Assembly (NCBI GenBank): GCA_964276515.1
Contig: OZ193909.1
Span: forward strand, 248,001-312,000
Direction: 5' to 3'
DNA length: 64,000 bases
Source: Gordius albopunctatus
Taxonomy: Eukaryota
Under the pieces are notes generated by a model. The model was not told the origin of the DNA and did not search any database. It was given only the letters and a program-made list of their open reading frames with translations. The position numbers and the translations under genes were made by a program. Below are positions 24,691 to 38,681 of this stretch, piece by piece (position 1 is the first letter of the stretch; each line of letters begins with the position of its first letter).

Positions 24691-27086
24691 CGCAACACTA
24701 ACTACGACGATCTCAAGTCCGTGTGCAAAATGTGGAGGATTGGCGTCAGGTCGGAAACCGGCTATAAAAATCAACTCCAAAATTATGATAGTTTCAAGCA
24801 AGATTTTACAAGAAAAGGCTAGGGCGTCCTCCACAAACGACGCGCACTGCATACCCCGCCCGTGCAATGTGAAAAATACACTAGGGTTACTGCCCAACTC
24901 ACAACGAAGGCGGTTAAGGAAACTAGTTGTGGAAAAAATGCGAATTACGTCCTGGAATGTGGGAACGTTGACGGGGAAGAGCATCGAGGTCGCACAGATG
25001 CTAAAAAGAAGAAAGGTACACATCGCCTGTCTACAAGAGACGAGGTGGAACGGAACGAAAGCTCAGAAATCAGGAGAAGGATACAAGCTTTTCTACAATG
25101 GGTCATCAAATCGTAGAAACGGGGTCGGTATCGTTCTAAGTGAATCGTTCAAGGACAAGGTGGTGGAAGTAAAGCGTTGTTCCGACAGGCTAATGTGGGT
25201 AAAGATTGCAGATCAAGGGGGCCTCCTAACCGTTATTTGCGCGTATGCCACCCAAATTGGGTGTTCGGAATCAGAGAAAGACATATTCTTCGAATCATTG
25301 GAAAAGGAAATACAAGGAATCCGACAGGAAGAAAGGCTAATTATTGGGGCCGATTTCAACGCTCACGTAGGGAAAGATCGACTCGGGTATGAACGCAATC
25401 ATGGAGGCTATGGGCATGGTCTGAAGAACAAAGAAGGGGAAAAACTTCTCCAAGTATCCCAAGCATATGACATGGCGATCGTTAACACCTATTTTCAAAG
25501 GCGCGAGGATCATATTGTGACATATAGAAGTGGGAAGCATTTTAGTCAAATCGACTATTTTCTTATACGGCGAAAGGACTTATGGAGTATCAAGGATTGC
25601 AAAGTGATACCGGGAGAAGAAATCGCCAGGCAACATGGTCCCCTTGTTATGGATCTTGGCAGAAGAGTATTTCCCGAAAGAAGAAAGGTCTATGAACCTC
25701 TAATTCGATACGAAAGGCTAAAGGATACGTCGACGAACAAAGAATACCATCAAAAAGGTTCCTAACTCTTGGGGGCAAGTAAGTTGCAAAGGGACGTAGA
25801 CGAAGATTGGGAGACGCTATCTAAGGACATTAAGAAAACAGCGATTCGTGTTCTAGGACAGTTAAGGTATGAATAGAGAATTATGGTGGTGGGATCAGTC
25901 GGTTAAAGATTTCATCAAAAGGAAGAAAAATCTATATAGACGGTGGCATAAATCAAAAACGTCGGAGGATTATCAAGAGTACAGGTACGCAAAGAGGGCC
26001 GCAAAAAATGCCGTTGCAAAAGCGAAGAATGCCGCATACACCGAGATGGCAAACAAACTGGATCATAAAGGGGGCGATAGGCTTATGTACAAATTGGCCA
26101 AGATAACAGAGAAGAAAAGTCGTGATGTCGGAGTTCTTAAAATAGTCAAAAGCGAGAAGGTTCAAACCTTATTCAAGCCGAAAGAGGTTATGGAAAGGTG
26201 GAAAGGATATTTTAAGAAACTTATGAATATTGCAAATGACAAGGATCCCATTCCCGAAATTGAGCCAAATATAAGTATGGTCAAACTCTTTCAGGAGGAT
26301 GAAGTTAGGATACAAATGAACAAGATGCAAAAAGGAAAAGCAAATGGACCAGATGGAATACCTATGGAAGCATTGCTCGGATGTCGTGAAGAGGGAGTCA
26401 CCACCATGACGAACCTCCTTAACAAGATATTGCTAGAAGAGAAGAGCGTATCCCTAACCAATGGAGAGCAAGCACGCTTATACCCTTATTTAAAGGCAAA
26501 GGAGACCCTCAGGACAGCGGCAATTACAGAGGTATCAAGCTAACTTACAACTCCTTGAGGCTTATGGAAAGGATCTTAGTATCAAGGCTGAAAGACGAGG
26601 TGGAAATATCGTCTAATCAATTCGGATTCGTGGCCGCCAAATCCACAATCGATCTAATCTTCGCTCTAAGACAAATGATGGATAAGTATGGTGGAAAGAG
26701 GAAAGACCTACATATGGTTTTTATCGACTTGGAGAAAGCTTATGACACGGTCCCCCGCGATTTAATATGATGGTGCCTGAGGAAACAAAATATACCTGAC
26801 GCATATATACGTCTTATGAAAAATATTTATGAAGCCTCAAACTCTTGCGTTAGGACGACATTTGGAGACTCTAAATCTTTTTGGGTTAATATTGGATTAC
26901 ATCAAGTCTCTGCTTTAAGCCCCTTTTTATTTAATATAATTATAGACACGATAACGAGGGACATTCAAAAGTCTTCGCCATGGTGTATGCTATATGCCGA
27001 TGATATAGTACTATGGGAGGAAACAAGTGAGAAAGTATTTGAAGAAGACGAAAAGTGGTCAAAGAGCTTAGCTGGATATGATTTAA
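24691..27086 (+). mobile_element. RTE-clade LINE (family 2), 3'-truncated
   Basis: SWNVGTL, CLQETRW, GADFNAHVG, SQIDYF, FIDLEKAYD and LYADDIV motifs; frameshifted. Confidence 0.92.
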
Positions 27087-27211
27087 ATCCGGTCCGAAAT
27101 TTTTAAATTACAATTTTACGAACAGAACTTTTTATATCAAGAGGGAAAGGAGCTACGCGTGTGCTTTAAGGAAAGGGGGATTGTGATTGATAATTTTCGG
27201 AGTTAAGTTGT

Positions 27212-27688
27212 TAGTGATGGGAAAACGCTTAGCACCTCCCCGCTGATGGGAATAGCCTATTAAATACGCTATGTCTACTAGCACATAGTCACTTTAAGTG
27301 GTATAAGCTATAGTAGATGGGAGGTTTGAGGCGCTAAAGCTATAGCCGATGACACTTAAATGCGCTACTCCTATAGCACGGCGCTAACATTGAGAATAAT
27401 TTCAATGAAAACAATAGAATATAATATGAACTTGTGCGTACTCACTCATGTTATTGTATTTTAATATCTAATAAGCAAAAAAATTATTCTCAATGTTAGC
27501 GCCGTGCTATAGGAGTAGCGCATTTAAGTGCTATCGGCTATAGCTTTAGCGCCTCAAACCTCCCATAGCTCTAGTGCCTCAAACCTCCCATCTCCTATAG
27601 CACTTAAAGCGACTATGTGCTAGTAGACATAGCCGCATATGGGTGCTATGTGCTATAGCTTCTTAAAGACGCTATTTCCCCATCACTA
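27212..27688. mobile_element. Foldback MITE with long inverted arms
   Basis: Ends TAGTGATGGG / CCCATCACTA; arms about 27317-27402 and 27481-27566 are near-perfect reverse complements. Confidence 0.8.
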
Positions 27689-28623
27689 GTTGAGATAGAA
27701 AGAGATGCGTGTGCTAAAAAGGAAACGGGAAATGCTGATTTATCATTGACACTAGCTCCTTTCTCGCCAAACAACAAAGTCTAGCTAGGGAAATCGATAG
27801 GGAAATACTGATAAATATATTTGGGTAAGTAAGGTGAGAGGTGGTATTGGGCATCAAAAATGGTAAAGTAAAAAAAGAATGCAAAGATAATTATGAAAAG
27901 GTATACTAAAAATTATTAATTTAATTAATTAGAACTTATTATTGTTTATTTTAAATTTGAAAATCTGATCCAATCCGACTTTCAAAATTAAAATGTTGAT
28001 CCGATCCGAGTTCGGGCGGATCGGATTGATCCGTGCACACCTCTAGTCTACATAAACGTCAATTCTAAAACAACACCATGAAACATTTTTAAATATTAAT
28101 ATAAGCGGAGGACTGCCGCTCCGTGAAAACATTAAAAACCTTTTTATTCATTTTTGCCAAATAAATAATTGTGCATGTGTATGATATTATAATTGCGGGA
28201 CGCACATCTACGCGTTTTATTTTGTTCGATTGGATCGAAATTAGAAGAGAATAAATTAAAAAGGGGGACAGGATAATAATGATCGCACACATTGTTACGC
28301 TTAATAATAAATAAATAAATAAATAAGGGGACGTCAATAAATTACGAATATTTCGAGTGCTTCACATCGGTATAACACGAAATTTATATTTTGGGGATTT
28401 TAATCGAAAGAGGCGTCGACCGGATTAGTGGTAGTGTTTGTTGGTGATTAACATTTTTTGAAGGGGGTATATGGGAAATACAATTTCAAACATTTATTAG
28501 AGAAGAATACTAAATGAGTGAGAGACGGAGAGAGAGAGGGTGAAATACTTTTAGCGAGGACTATCAAGCCTAAACTATGTATGGGTTACACAATAATTTT
28601 AAAAAAGAGAGCACGCCCTTCCT

Positions 28624-31600
28624 TCACAAGTTATGCAGCTTTTGGACGGGAGTTGCAGCTTCTAGCGCCGCCAATTCCATCAACTTTCTCCCTTCCGTTT
28701 TATAATCTATGGTACAACCGTGGGTTTCGGGGTAACGATGACCTGGGCAAAATCCTTTGTTACATCTGAAGGCCGTTGCGAAAAAAAGGTTTTAGTAAGT
28801 ATAGCACAACAAACAATTAAGTGAGGCAGTGTAATTAGTATTAAAAGAACCTGCAGATGAAGGATGAAGCTATACCAATTTTTTTGGCGCACGCAAAACA
28901 ACGATTCACCAAACTTTTTTTCTTGAACCGAGGCGTTTGATTACAACTGCCCCCATCCCCACCTTCGTCCGCTCCTCCTGCTCCCCTCGCATCTTCCTCC
29001 AAGTGATGAGTCGTAGCTTCTGAATCCGCATCGCTCGTGTAGATAATGGCTTTGGCAAAAGTGCGAGCAGGTTTGAGGAGGAAAGGAACCGAGAATTGAG
29101 ATTTGCGCGCCATCCGAGGGCTTAGTTCGTTCTAGGATTTGTTTTGGAGCAATGAGTGAATAAAAAATGAGGGTTTAAGCAAATTACCTTGAGCGTTTTG
29201 ACGTCCAATTGCACCGCATATTCCTTGCCCGAGCTATTTTTGTTCTTGATTGTCATCACCTTTTCTGCATGTAAGACATTTTATATCAATGTAGATAAGA
29301 AGCAACCACGCGTCATAATCTATCTAAACGCACAAGTCTTACGTGTTAGGTCTTAATTATGCGTGTATAAAAAAGTATTTTGAAAAGCTGCTAGCACCTC
29401 AAGAGTAATTGTCATAAACATTACAATCTGAAGCTGAGCCCGGGCTGAAAATGCCATATTTTTAAGGTGTGTAAGTGGAGAGCGTACCAGTTATGAGGTT
29501 TGACTCGTCGTCGCTAGTACTGCTCAGGGTAGAAGAAGCTGATCCGCTATCGTTTGAGGCGGCGCTAGAACTACAACAGCTATTGGCAGTGGTGGTGGCT
29601 TCGTTACTGCTACTCTTCCTAGAAACTGAACTCTGCTGCTTCCCATTGCTACCATTAATACTAGCACTACTACTACTACAAGCGTTAGTGGTATTGTTGC
29701 CATATTTCAGGCCTCCTACGGTTGTTTTATAGCTGCTATACAGGTTTCCATCTTCCAACCGAAAGGTACAGTAGCCCTGCTTCGAACCGAAAATTTGTTG
29801 TTTAGAGTGTGAGTATGCTGTCTTGGAGAAGCAGTTGGGGCTAGGAGATTTTGGTAGAGGGGCAGAGTTGATACCAGTTCTGAGATTTCCCTTGATGTCG
29901 GCGCACACATTTTCGATAACCGCTGATGCATACTCCTTTATGTCCGATATTTTTGGCGCCGTGACAACGCTATTTGTAACATTAATCGTGCATTTTATAA
30001 AAATAAAATAAAACATTATATGTAGTATTTATATATCTAATTGTAATCTAAAAAACATTTTTTATACATACCAAACATTGATCTAAACCGTATTTTAAAA
30101 TATCGATATGATATCGTCTGCTTTTCACAAATCATTATTCTTAAACATTCGGATTTAGAAGGTTACAAATTATCTACATACATTTAAATAGCATTTCCAA
30201 GAGGATCATAAACATTAATTTAAAAATGTCAACATGAAGTATTAAGATGAAAGAACAAAAATGAGAATGGTTAAAGAGACGTACCCATTATGGCCAAACG
30301 ATTCTCGGGGATAGAGCAAACCGACTTCACGGTGATGATTAAAATAATTTCCACCACTACTATTCCCATCTTCCTCCTCCTTGCAAGATGATGTGTATTC
30401 ACATTCTTCCCCATCTGTCGTACTATCGCACCTCAATAATTGACCAGTAGTTTTCATACGAATTCTCCCGTTGTTGACGCAGGTTTCGACCGATGGCGTC
30501 CCTGCAGGCGTACGAACAGCTGATCCACGATTCGTCTGCTCCCAAACACGAGAATTTAACGATGCCTGATTGCGACCTAACCAATATTTTGTGGAATATA
30601 AATTAAATTTACGCGATAAATTTTCGATTATGGTATATACATTTAAAGCCCTGCAAAATAAAACTTCTTTGGTCCAGACCCAACGTCTCAATTTTAAATT
30701 TTCTGAGCCCGGCCTGAGGCCCGAGCGCTTTTTTATTTTGGCCTCACCGGAGCCCGTCCCCATTATTTATAAAACTTTTAGGAAATTCGTAATTCAAAAG
30801 GAGGATAAGTTTGGAACAAAGTTTTTAATTTCTCTTACTTCAATAATATAACTAGCTAGATGAACGCGGCAAACGTTGTTTTGCCATTTACCCGGGGGGT
30901 CTATTAAATTATGTTGGAATTTTAGGGCATATATCATGATAAAGCGGTTATTGAAGTAAAAATAAAGTTTGATGTCGTCTAATGTTTTACTTCTATTTCT
31001 CTATAATAGATTAAGAATATATCAAATATAATTGGTAAGTGTTTATTATGCAAAAATTTTTAAACAAATAGTTAGAGGGTCCAAGGCCCAGGCCAACCCA
31101 AGAGAGAAAACCTGGCCCCATGGCCCCTCCCCCAGGGAAAAGATCTTTGGCCCCCTGGCCCTTCAAGCAATTTTTTTTAATTAAGAAACAATACCATAAT
31201 TATAATTATTTGTTTCTGAATAAAACTTTTAATTCTAAACTTAATAATGCCCGAAGAACTGAGATATATCAACATTTATTGGCACTTTGTTAAAAGTATT
31301 TTCATTTTTCTCCTTATTTAACGCGCAAAAAATGATAAAATGAGATTTTTAAATTTATTTAGCCACGCAGGAGGGGACACGACCGTCCTATAATAATAAT
31401 TGACGTGAAAAATAAGCAAAAAATGATTTTGATTTAATATTTCAAATCGTAAAATGTTTCCATATTCCGCAGCACATGTCTACATTTATCACACTACACT
31501 ACCTACACGCATGATGTTCTTAGAAAATACTATAAGTGATACACTTTTATTAAAGAACTGTATATTCAAATTTTCAAAGAACACGATAGATACGCAGTAC

Positions 31601-34112
31601 GTCATGAGGTTGCGTTTGATTGACATTTTATTAAACGTCAAAACATATAAAACCGGCAAATGTCCGATATTTTTAAAACTAAAAGGAATTTTAGGAATCT
31701 TAAAAACCTATTTTACCCCTGGCCGCCCTGGGCATCTACGGCTAAATTTTCGCGCGAATCGGGCCGGTAGTTTCAGAATTTAGCCCTTATCCACATAAAT
31801 GCACTTTACTTTATATATATAGATAATATTAAGGCAATAATCTAACTTTATAAAAATAAATTTATATAAAATTTTAAAGTAAATTAGCTTTTTGCACTAT
31901 CTACTTTTTTATTCTTAAGGTTTAAATACTATCGATAGGCATATATTGATACTAGAATAAAATTTGCATTTGTATCAAAAAAATATGATAGAAAGGGACG
32001 TGGGGCTTTTGAAAGCTACATTATAAAATTTATTTCATATCAAGAGTTCATTTACAATCATATTTTAAGAATGGTTAGTTTTCTTGGATTTCGTTTGAGC
32101 CGGATTCGGGCCGGTCAGGCTGCCCCATAAGGCCCGACCCGAGCCCGATTATTTTATTAGTTTGCCCGATTCCGGGCCGGGCTTCGGGCGGCCCGAGGAG
32201 GGCTCTATATAAAGTTCAACTGAAATTATGCATAAATCATGATACCGTATTTTGGGTAGAAATATGTTTGGGGCATAACGGGGCCCCCCGATCGCGTGTT
32301 ATACAGAGGTGCACCCTCCAAGGTGAAACTGTAAAGCGGTCCGCTCTTTTTGAAGGGAATCATGGTAGCAGCGTAGGATGGATGATAAGGGGAGTGTTGG
32401 GTAGTTGTTGGAGCATTGGTAAAACCGATTGGAGCATTGACGCAAGATGCGCTAGGCTTCACCCCCCAAATGTGTGATGAGGGCGGATGTTTTCGTTTGG
32501 GCTTATTAAAATAGAAATATTATGCAAAGAGATGAAAACCTAATTTTATAAAAGTTATTTTAGCAATAGATTTAACTTTATGTACCACTTAAACTAAATA
32601 CACTATATAAGGGTCAAGGAGAAAAATATATTGAAAAAACATGTAAGCTTTTAATTTTTGGATTTTATGACGGTTCTAGCAACAAAAATTGGGTCTTCAT
32701 TCAACCCCTGGACAAAAACTGTTGAAAATATTAACACACATAGCATCTGCACTTCATTACATTCATGAACTTATGTAAGCACAAATTTACTTTTAAAATG
32801 AGATCCTCTCATATGCTTAAGCAACTCCATAAATTTCCAAAAGGGGCAACTTTAGTGCAGGGGGTGATTGGTTTGGATTATAAACATAAAATTATAAGGA
32901 TTATATTAAATTGTTAAATTATGACAAATAAAAGGATGTCTGCCTTCTTGTTATTTACCTTCCGACTTTGCTTTAGGGTTTCCATTTGCAAGCGAAGGGC
33001 TTTCATCTTATTCATTGTGACCACATTGTCACGTAAAGACTTTTTGCCCAAACCTACATCACGTGATTTTGGACCATTTTCATCACTTGACCCTGAGTCA
33101 CCATCCTCATCCTCAAGGTTCTCTTCTTCAGAGTAAGGGCATAACAATTTCATACCTTACACACATTTAATTTTATTGTTATAATTGATCATAACATTTT
33201 ATTAATTAATTTGAATTAAAAGTAATCATAGACATAGGTATATAAGATTCAACTTATTAATTTAATAAGTATTACTCCATTTTGGAGGAATCCCTGTAAC
33301 TGGAATAAAGACCTTGCAACTTTTAGATTCAGGCATAAAGTTTTTGCCAGTGTTGGGTGAAGGTGTTGTATAATTTTCCTTGACCTTTAAGAAGGATTGT
33401 GTGTGAACTGTTTGAAGAAATGGAGGAGGGTTTCCATATGTTTTTATAAATGACTCATTCAATGAAAAATTATAATATTTTAATGAGCCAACCAATGTGT
33501 TTGACTTATGGATTGCAATTTTATTAGATGGCAAGAAGTATTTTTTAGCAATTGCTTTGGAGTTTATATCTTTTGACTCTCCCTTTTGTTCAACATTAGT
33601 TCCCAAATTTTTTGTGTTAAGGTTAAAATCTCCTTTATTGTTGAAATGCTCATAACTTTTACCATTATAATAATGATCAAAATAAGAATCATTCAACAAT
33701 GTTTCCAAATTAGTAGACTTCTTAAGAAAGTTTGCTGCCTCTTTGTAGAATGTCACTAATCAAGAAAAAACATAAAAAAAAATATATGGAAATATTCATT
33801 TATAATTAGGAAAATTACATTTTCTTGTGTACATTGGGCCTCCTTTTAAATGTAAAACCAATGTGACCTTTGATCCGTCATGTATACCTATTTCTTTCAG
33901 TGTTTTACTATCTTCCAGGGCACAAGAATTCCATATCAAATGTTGATGAGACACAGGCACATCTATATATGTCTTAAATTTTTTTATAATTAATTACTTT
34001 GTTTTAAAAGAATTTTGGTTTTTAGTCCCAACACTGTATCGTCCGGATACGCAATTATGGGAATGTTTTGACCTGTTAATGTTTCTATTTCAATTTCTAT
34101 TTTATTCATCAT
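28624..34112 (-). CDS. ZFAND4: AN1-type zinc finger protein with N-terminal ubiquitin-like domain
   Basis: N-terminal IETLTGQ...HQHLIW...LVLHLKGGP, middle DNVVTMNKMKALRLQME, Ser-rich linker and C-terminal RCFACAKKIGIASSFICR|CNKGFCPGHRYPETHGCTIDYK. Internal exon boundaries were only partly resolved. Confidence 0.85.
30852..31823 (-). mobile_element. Non-autonomous Helitron in a ZFAND4 intron
   Basis: Minus strand begins A|TCTATATATATAAAG and ends with hairpin GGCAAAACAACGTTTGCC followed by CTAG|T; no TSD. Confidence 0.75.
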
Positions 34113-37046
34113 AACATATGACTCAGGATCTGGGTTCAATCCAAACTTAATAAAACATCTGACGAAATATGACCACTAGACAAGTCACCGTGCTTTTATT
34201 GCATAAACTCTAAAATTAAAAATTATTTCTATTTAAGGGTTCAAAGAATAAATATGTCTAATCTACTATAAACTTTTTGCGTAACATAGAAGACACTATC
34301 AATAAGTAATCAATCTATTCAAATATTAATTGATAAATTTTGATCGTATGTATTATTGAATCAAATTTATTACTTACCAAGACGTGATTAATCATTAAAT
34401 TGTTTAAAATATTCTAGGTAATTGACGCAGCCTTTGTTTTTCCACTTCTTTTGGCATTGAGGGTGTTGCTGCTCAAGTCCTATATAGTAAAATAAATATA
34501 GTATTGATTAAACAAAGAATTGTAGGAGAACAAACAACTATTTTATTTCCAATTAATAGAAAGCAAAACAAATGAATAAATACTTTTCAAATATCGCGTT
34601 TATATACACATCTGGCGAGGTTATTTGTGTGAATAATAACGTTGAATTGTCAGACATTCAAATACTTGAATGTATTCACTTTTATGATTAGAGTGTATGA
34701 ATACTTGAATAATAAAGGTTAAGTTTTTTCCTAGGTAACCGATGTTCGAGTTGCTTTATTCAAATTGCCTAGGTAACCATATAATTCCCCTCCTATTTGC
34801 AAGGAGTTCTAAAACGAAAGTAAAAATACTCAGTTAGCTTAGTTTATCAAAGTTTTATTGTTTTCACTAATGTTTGTTGGTGTGGTGACCGAGGTGTGAG
34901 TGAAGTTGGAAGTTGATGTGCTATCCAATATATAATTAGATTTGTCGGAGCAGACATATATATTTTAGAATCACATTCTTCCCTCAGTTAAATCGGTCAG
35001 TATTGGTTAAAACCTTGATAGTGGAAGGTAGTAGTAAGTGTTTTTGCTTTGCCGAACGTCGTCTTTGCTCGTTGCAAGCTGTCCTGCGCTGTGTTTTGCA
35101 AATAAGTTCATTGGCAGGGCAGTGGACTAATAGCACGTTCAGTAAACGATGTTGTTGCTTGTGTAGCGGAGTAGTAGGGTAACCTGGTTTTCTTCGTATT
35201 AACAATTAGATAGGTAGGTAGATTGTATCTTTCCCAGCAGTCGGACAAATATGGATGCCGAATTTAGAAGATAATGCTCTATATCTGAATTGTTTTATTT
35301 TAACTAAGAAAACCAAACACCATTACTAAATGGACTGTTATGGGGGACAAAAAGTATGTCACCTCCGACAGTCGGGTTAATGTTTACCTGGGTTATAAAT
35401 TTATAGGGGGGGGGGGGAATTAAAAAAAATTCGGCTCCCCCGAAACGTCAGGGTCACCATTTTGTAGATAAATAAGTTTCCACTTTTAATATAACCCAAA
35501 TGATTCAAGAGAATGAATTCTTTTATGTAACATATTGTGTTTATATACATCTAGTAAGTTTACTAGGGTCTGTTATAAATTAATTTTTGGCAGTTGCATA
35601 GGATATATCTTAAAGAATGTAATATTTAAAATAATAAATTACGTCAATATAAATAATTTAAATACAGATTTCTTTGAATGTATTAAATCTTAAATAGATT
35701 AATATAGAGACTAAATCGGCTAAACAAGCGCTTATTATTATTATAGCTAGTATTTCTGTCTTGTGAAGCAATTTTTAAAGGTATTAATATATTAAATGAC
35801 ATAATTAGATAGGACACAAATTTAAAATTAAATGACAGTCTTTAAATCGTACCTGAACAAAGAAAACTAAGATATTAATTATAGCCCGTATATATTCCTT
35901 CCAGATTATACTTCTTGATGGTAAATATGTTTTATCAGAGTTAATTTTGATATCCATTGAATCTAATTGTATAACCTAATCGACAAAACCTAGGTCCAAG
36001 AAACATAAATTTCAGAATGATGACTTATTTCCTAACAAATTTCGAAATTCCCTGCTCGCGGCACTGGGGGCTGTAACTAAATGCAGGCCACAGTTTGGAC
36101 TTGATACGCACTATATTTGGCACTATTTAAAAAGTTTGAACCATAATATGCGCATGGTATTTAATGGAAGGAAACAGTGGCCATATTATTTCTAAAATTA
36201 AACAAGAATTGAAAATAAGATTTCATAAAATGGCCTTAAATACTTGTAACAGGTTAAATTTCTGAGCCCGTCTTGTCAATAATGTAATAAGTAACGAATT
36301 TGACAAATCACGAAAAATAAATTACTATATCCTATATTTTAAATCTAATTATGTCAAACAAAACACTTTTGAGATATTTCAAGGAAATGCGATTATTTAA
36401 TATTTATTTAAAATTGCCCACTAAGAATAGGGATCAGATAAAAATTCTAATATATTTTACTAAATATATTGATGATTTTAACATAGGTTAGCCTTATGGT
36501 GAAAAGAATATAACCTTGCCACCAAATTTATATAAATCAACTAATAGAATTAACGTCACCTCACTCAATTTATATAATATAAAGTTTCTATCTCTTCAGT
36601 GACAAATTAGAAGGAATACAGATAATTTTTTAAAAGTGTCTGTGGGCACATACAGATCACTTATTCAAGTCCTCACAATTACAACAAGTGAGTGCATTAT
36701 AAGAAAAATCGTTTTATACCCCATATTAAACATGTCGGATCATAGGCGTTGCCAGAGGGAGGCAGGGAGGGTTGATGTCCGCCCCCCCCCCTCTTAATTT
36801 AAAAATTATTGAGAAAATAAATTAATTATGATATTGTATGTATTCAATTATTATAAATGTCATCTGCATTAAAAGGGTGGATGCAGGCTGAAAAAATATG
36901 TGCGGATATAGACCGGGCTGCATTAACTATTTTGGCTCATCCAATTTTTGAATTTTTTAACAATCATTACCTTTATGGAATCCATTGTTTTGGAACGCTT
37001 ATGTGAAGTTTAATTTTTAAATTTTTAGGTTGTCATTGTATTTTAA

Positions 37047-37721
37047 TTATTCTCTATCAGAAGTTGACAGCCTGTGATGACATATCGTTTGGAAGAAAAG
37101 AAATATTTTATTTTTATTGTCTCTTTTTATCGGGGATCTACGGGTCTTGTTTTTTAATATCGACTTAAGTGGAGAATTTTTCTGCAATGAATCAAAAACA
37201 TACTGGGAAGGACGCACGTTAGCCTCATAAACAATATCTGGGAACGAAAATTTAATTGACCTAACACTGTTCAAGGCACTCGTGCTTTCGTCATCCATAT
37301 TTTTATTGGTTTTCTTACTACCAACTTTGTTTTGTAATTCTTCGCAATCATTTAAATTTTCCTTCTCAAATTCCACATCCTCATCATCTGATTCTCCTGG
37401 ACTAGATTCACTCTCTTGCTGTTGATTATTGTCGTCGGCTTCATCCTGGTCAAGCATAACCTCGCAACACTTTTGTTGTCCAACTTGCTTGGCCTCATCT
37501 CTTAAACTCTTTTCAAATACTGCCATTCTTTTGTTGTCTTCATCAGAATTTTCGTCTTCATTTTGGACATTCTCGACAGGCTGTTCTTCTTCTAGATTCA
37601 GATCTATTATCTCATCGTTCAGTTGGGTGACTTTGTCATCAACCAACTTTCCTTTGCTATTTTTGAAACGGTTTTTAGCATTAGTCTTATTACAAGTGAA
37701 AATTCTCCAACAGCTAAACAT
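37047..37721 (-). CDS. Uncharacterised acidic low-complexity protein, 224 aa
   Basis: ATG-initiated 675-nt ORF in AT-rich DNA, E/D-rich core; the 3' end may be spliced. Confidence 0.55.
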   Translation of the reverse strand: MFSCWRIFTCNKTNAKNRFKNSKGKLVDDKVTQLNDEIIDLNLEEEQPVENVQNEDENSDEDNKRMAVFEKSLRDEAKQVGQQKCCEVMLDQDEADDNNQQQESESSPGESDDEDVEFEKENLNDCEELQNKVGSKKTNKNMDDESTSALNSVRSIKFSFPDIVYEANVRPSQYVFDSLQKNSPLKSILKNKTRRSPIKRDNKNKIFLFFQTICHHRLSTSDRE

Positions 37722-38681
37722 AGGCGTGATAAATATAATATGATGAAATTTAATAACATTGTCACTTTTAATGACGTTTATTTGCTTGGATCGTATGCGT
37801 CATTAGAGTGTTTTACAAAACAATTAAATTTGAATTTAAATCGTCTTGTATTAGTTAAAAAAATTTATGGTCTTAAACTTTTGAATAAGCTCACGAAATA
37901 ATCTCCCAAATTTTTCTTTGGTCTATGTTGATAGATGTATGATATGCATAAGCTCATTATATCAAGGGCTTAATATATTGCATATTCATTTAATGTGATA
38001 GCACTTGGTGCTAAAATTGGACTGATATCGTGAACGGCATAATTATTAAAGTAGAACTTAGACAACAATTTTTATGCCTTAAATTTTTGTGATTATTTAT
38101 ATATAGCATACCACTTTATATGCAAACTGCTTATTTGTTTATGTTCTGTCGAGAGTCATTTAAATTTGCACATCTAAATTTTTTACACTGCCACCACTCA
38201 TTTTATATTGATGTTATTCAATATCATATTGGCAATAACTTTACCATGTTAGTTCATTAATTAAAAAAATTACCTATATAAACTAGAGTATTCATACACC
38301 TACCTTATCAGCACAAGAGTTAATTTCTATACTAAACAAAATATGCCATTACATCATAGGTAAAATCACTTTAGAAAAGTTTTTCTATAAATATAAAATT
38401 AGTTTTAATAAATATATATCCCTAATAGCTGGTCATGTCAGAAAGATCACCTCACACTCAATTTATATCAATTCTTTTTAACACGGTTACAAATCTAACT
38501 AAAATCTCAACACACCCGCGGATATTTTTGATGAATTCAATACATAAATATTTTATATTGTTTATTTACATTGATTCAATAAGTACACTATAAATAGGTA
38601 TATGATTATATATATATATATTATATATCATTTATTCGTGCATATCGTAAATAAATTCGATGCGCGTATGCGTCATCCCTC

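Noticed and set aside
29475..30011. Leu-rich plus-strand ORFs that look like membrane proteins
   Set aside because: Antisense shadows of the Ser/Asn-rich ZFAND4 exon.
32097..32207. GC-rich GGCCCG clusters as CpG-island promoters (also near 6876, 7141, 24585, 27965 and 30705)
   Set aside because: They resemble hAT/MITE subterminal repeats, several end in CTCTA, and they lie in introns or between TEs.
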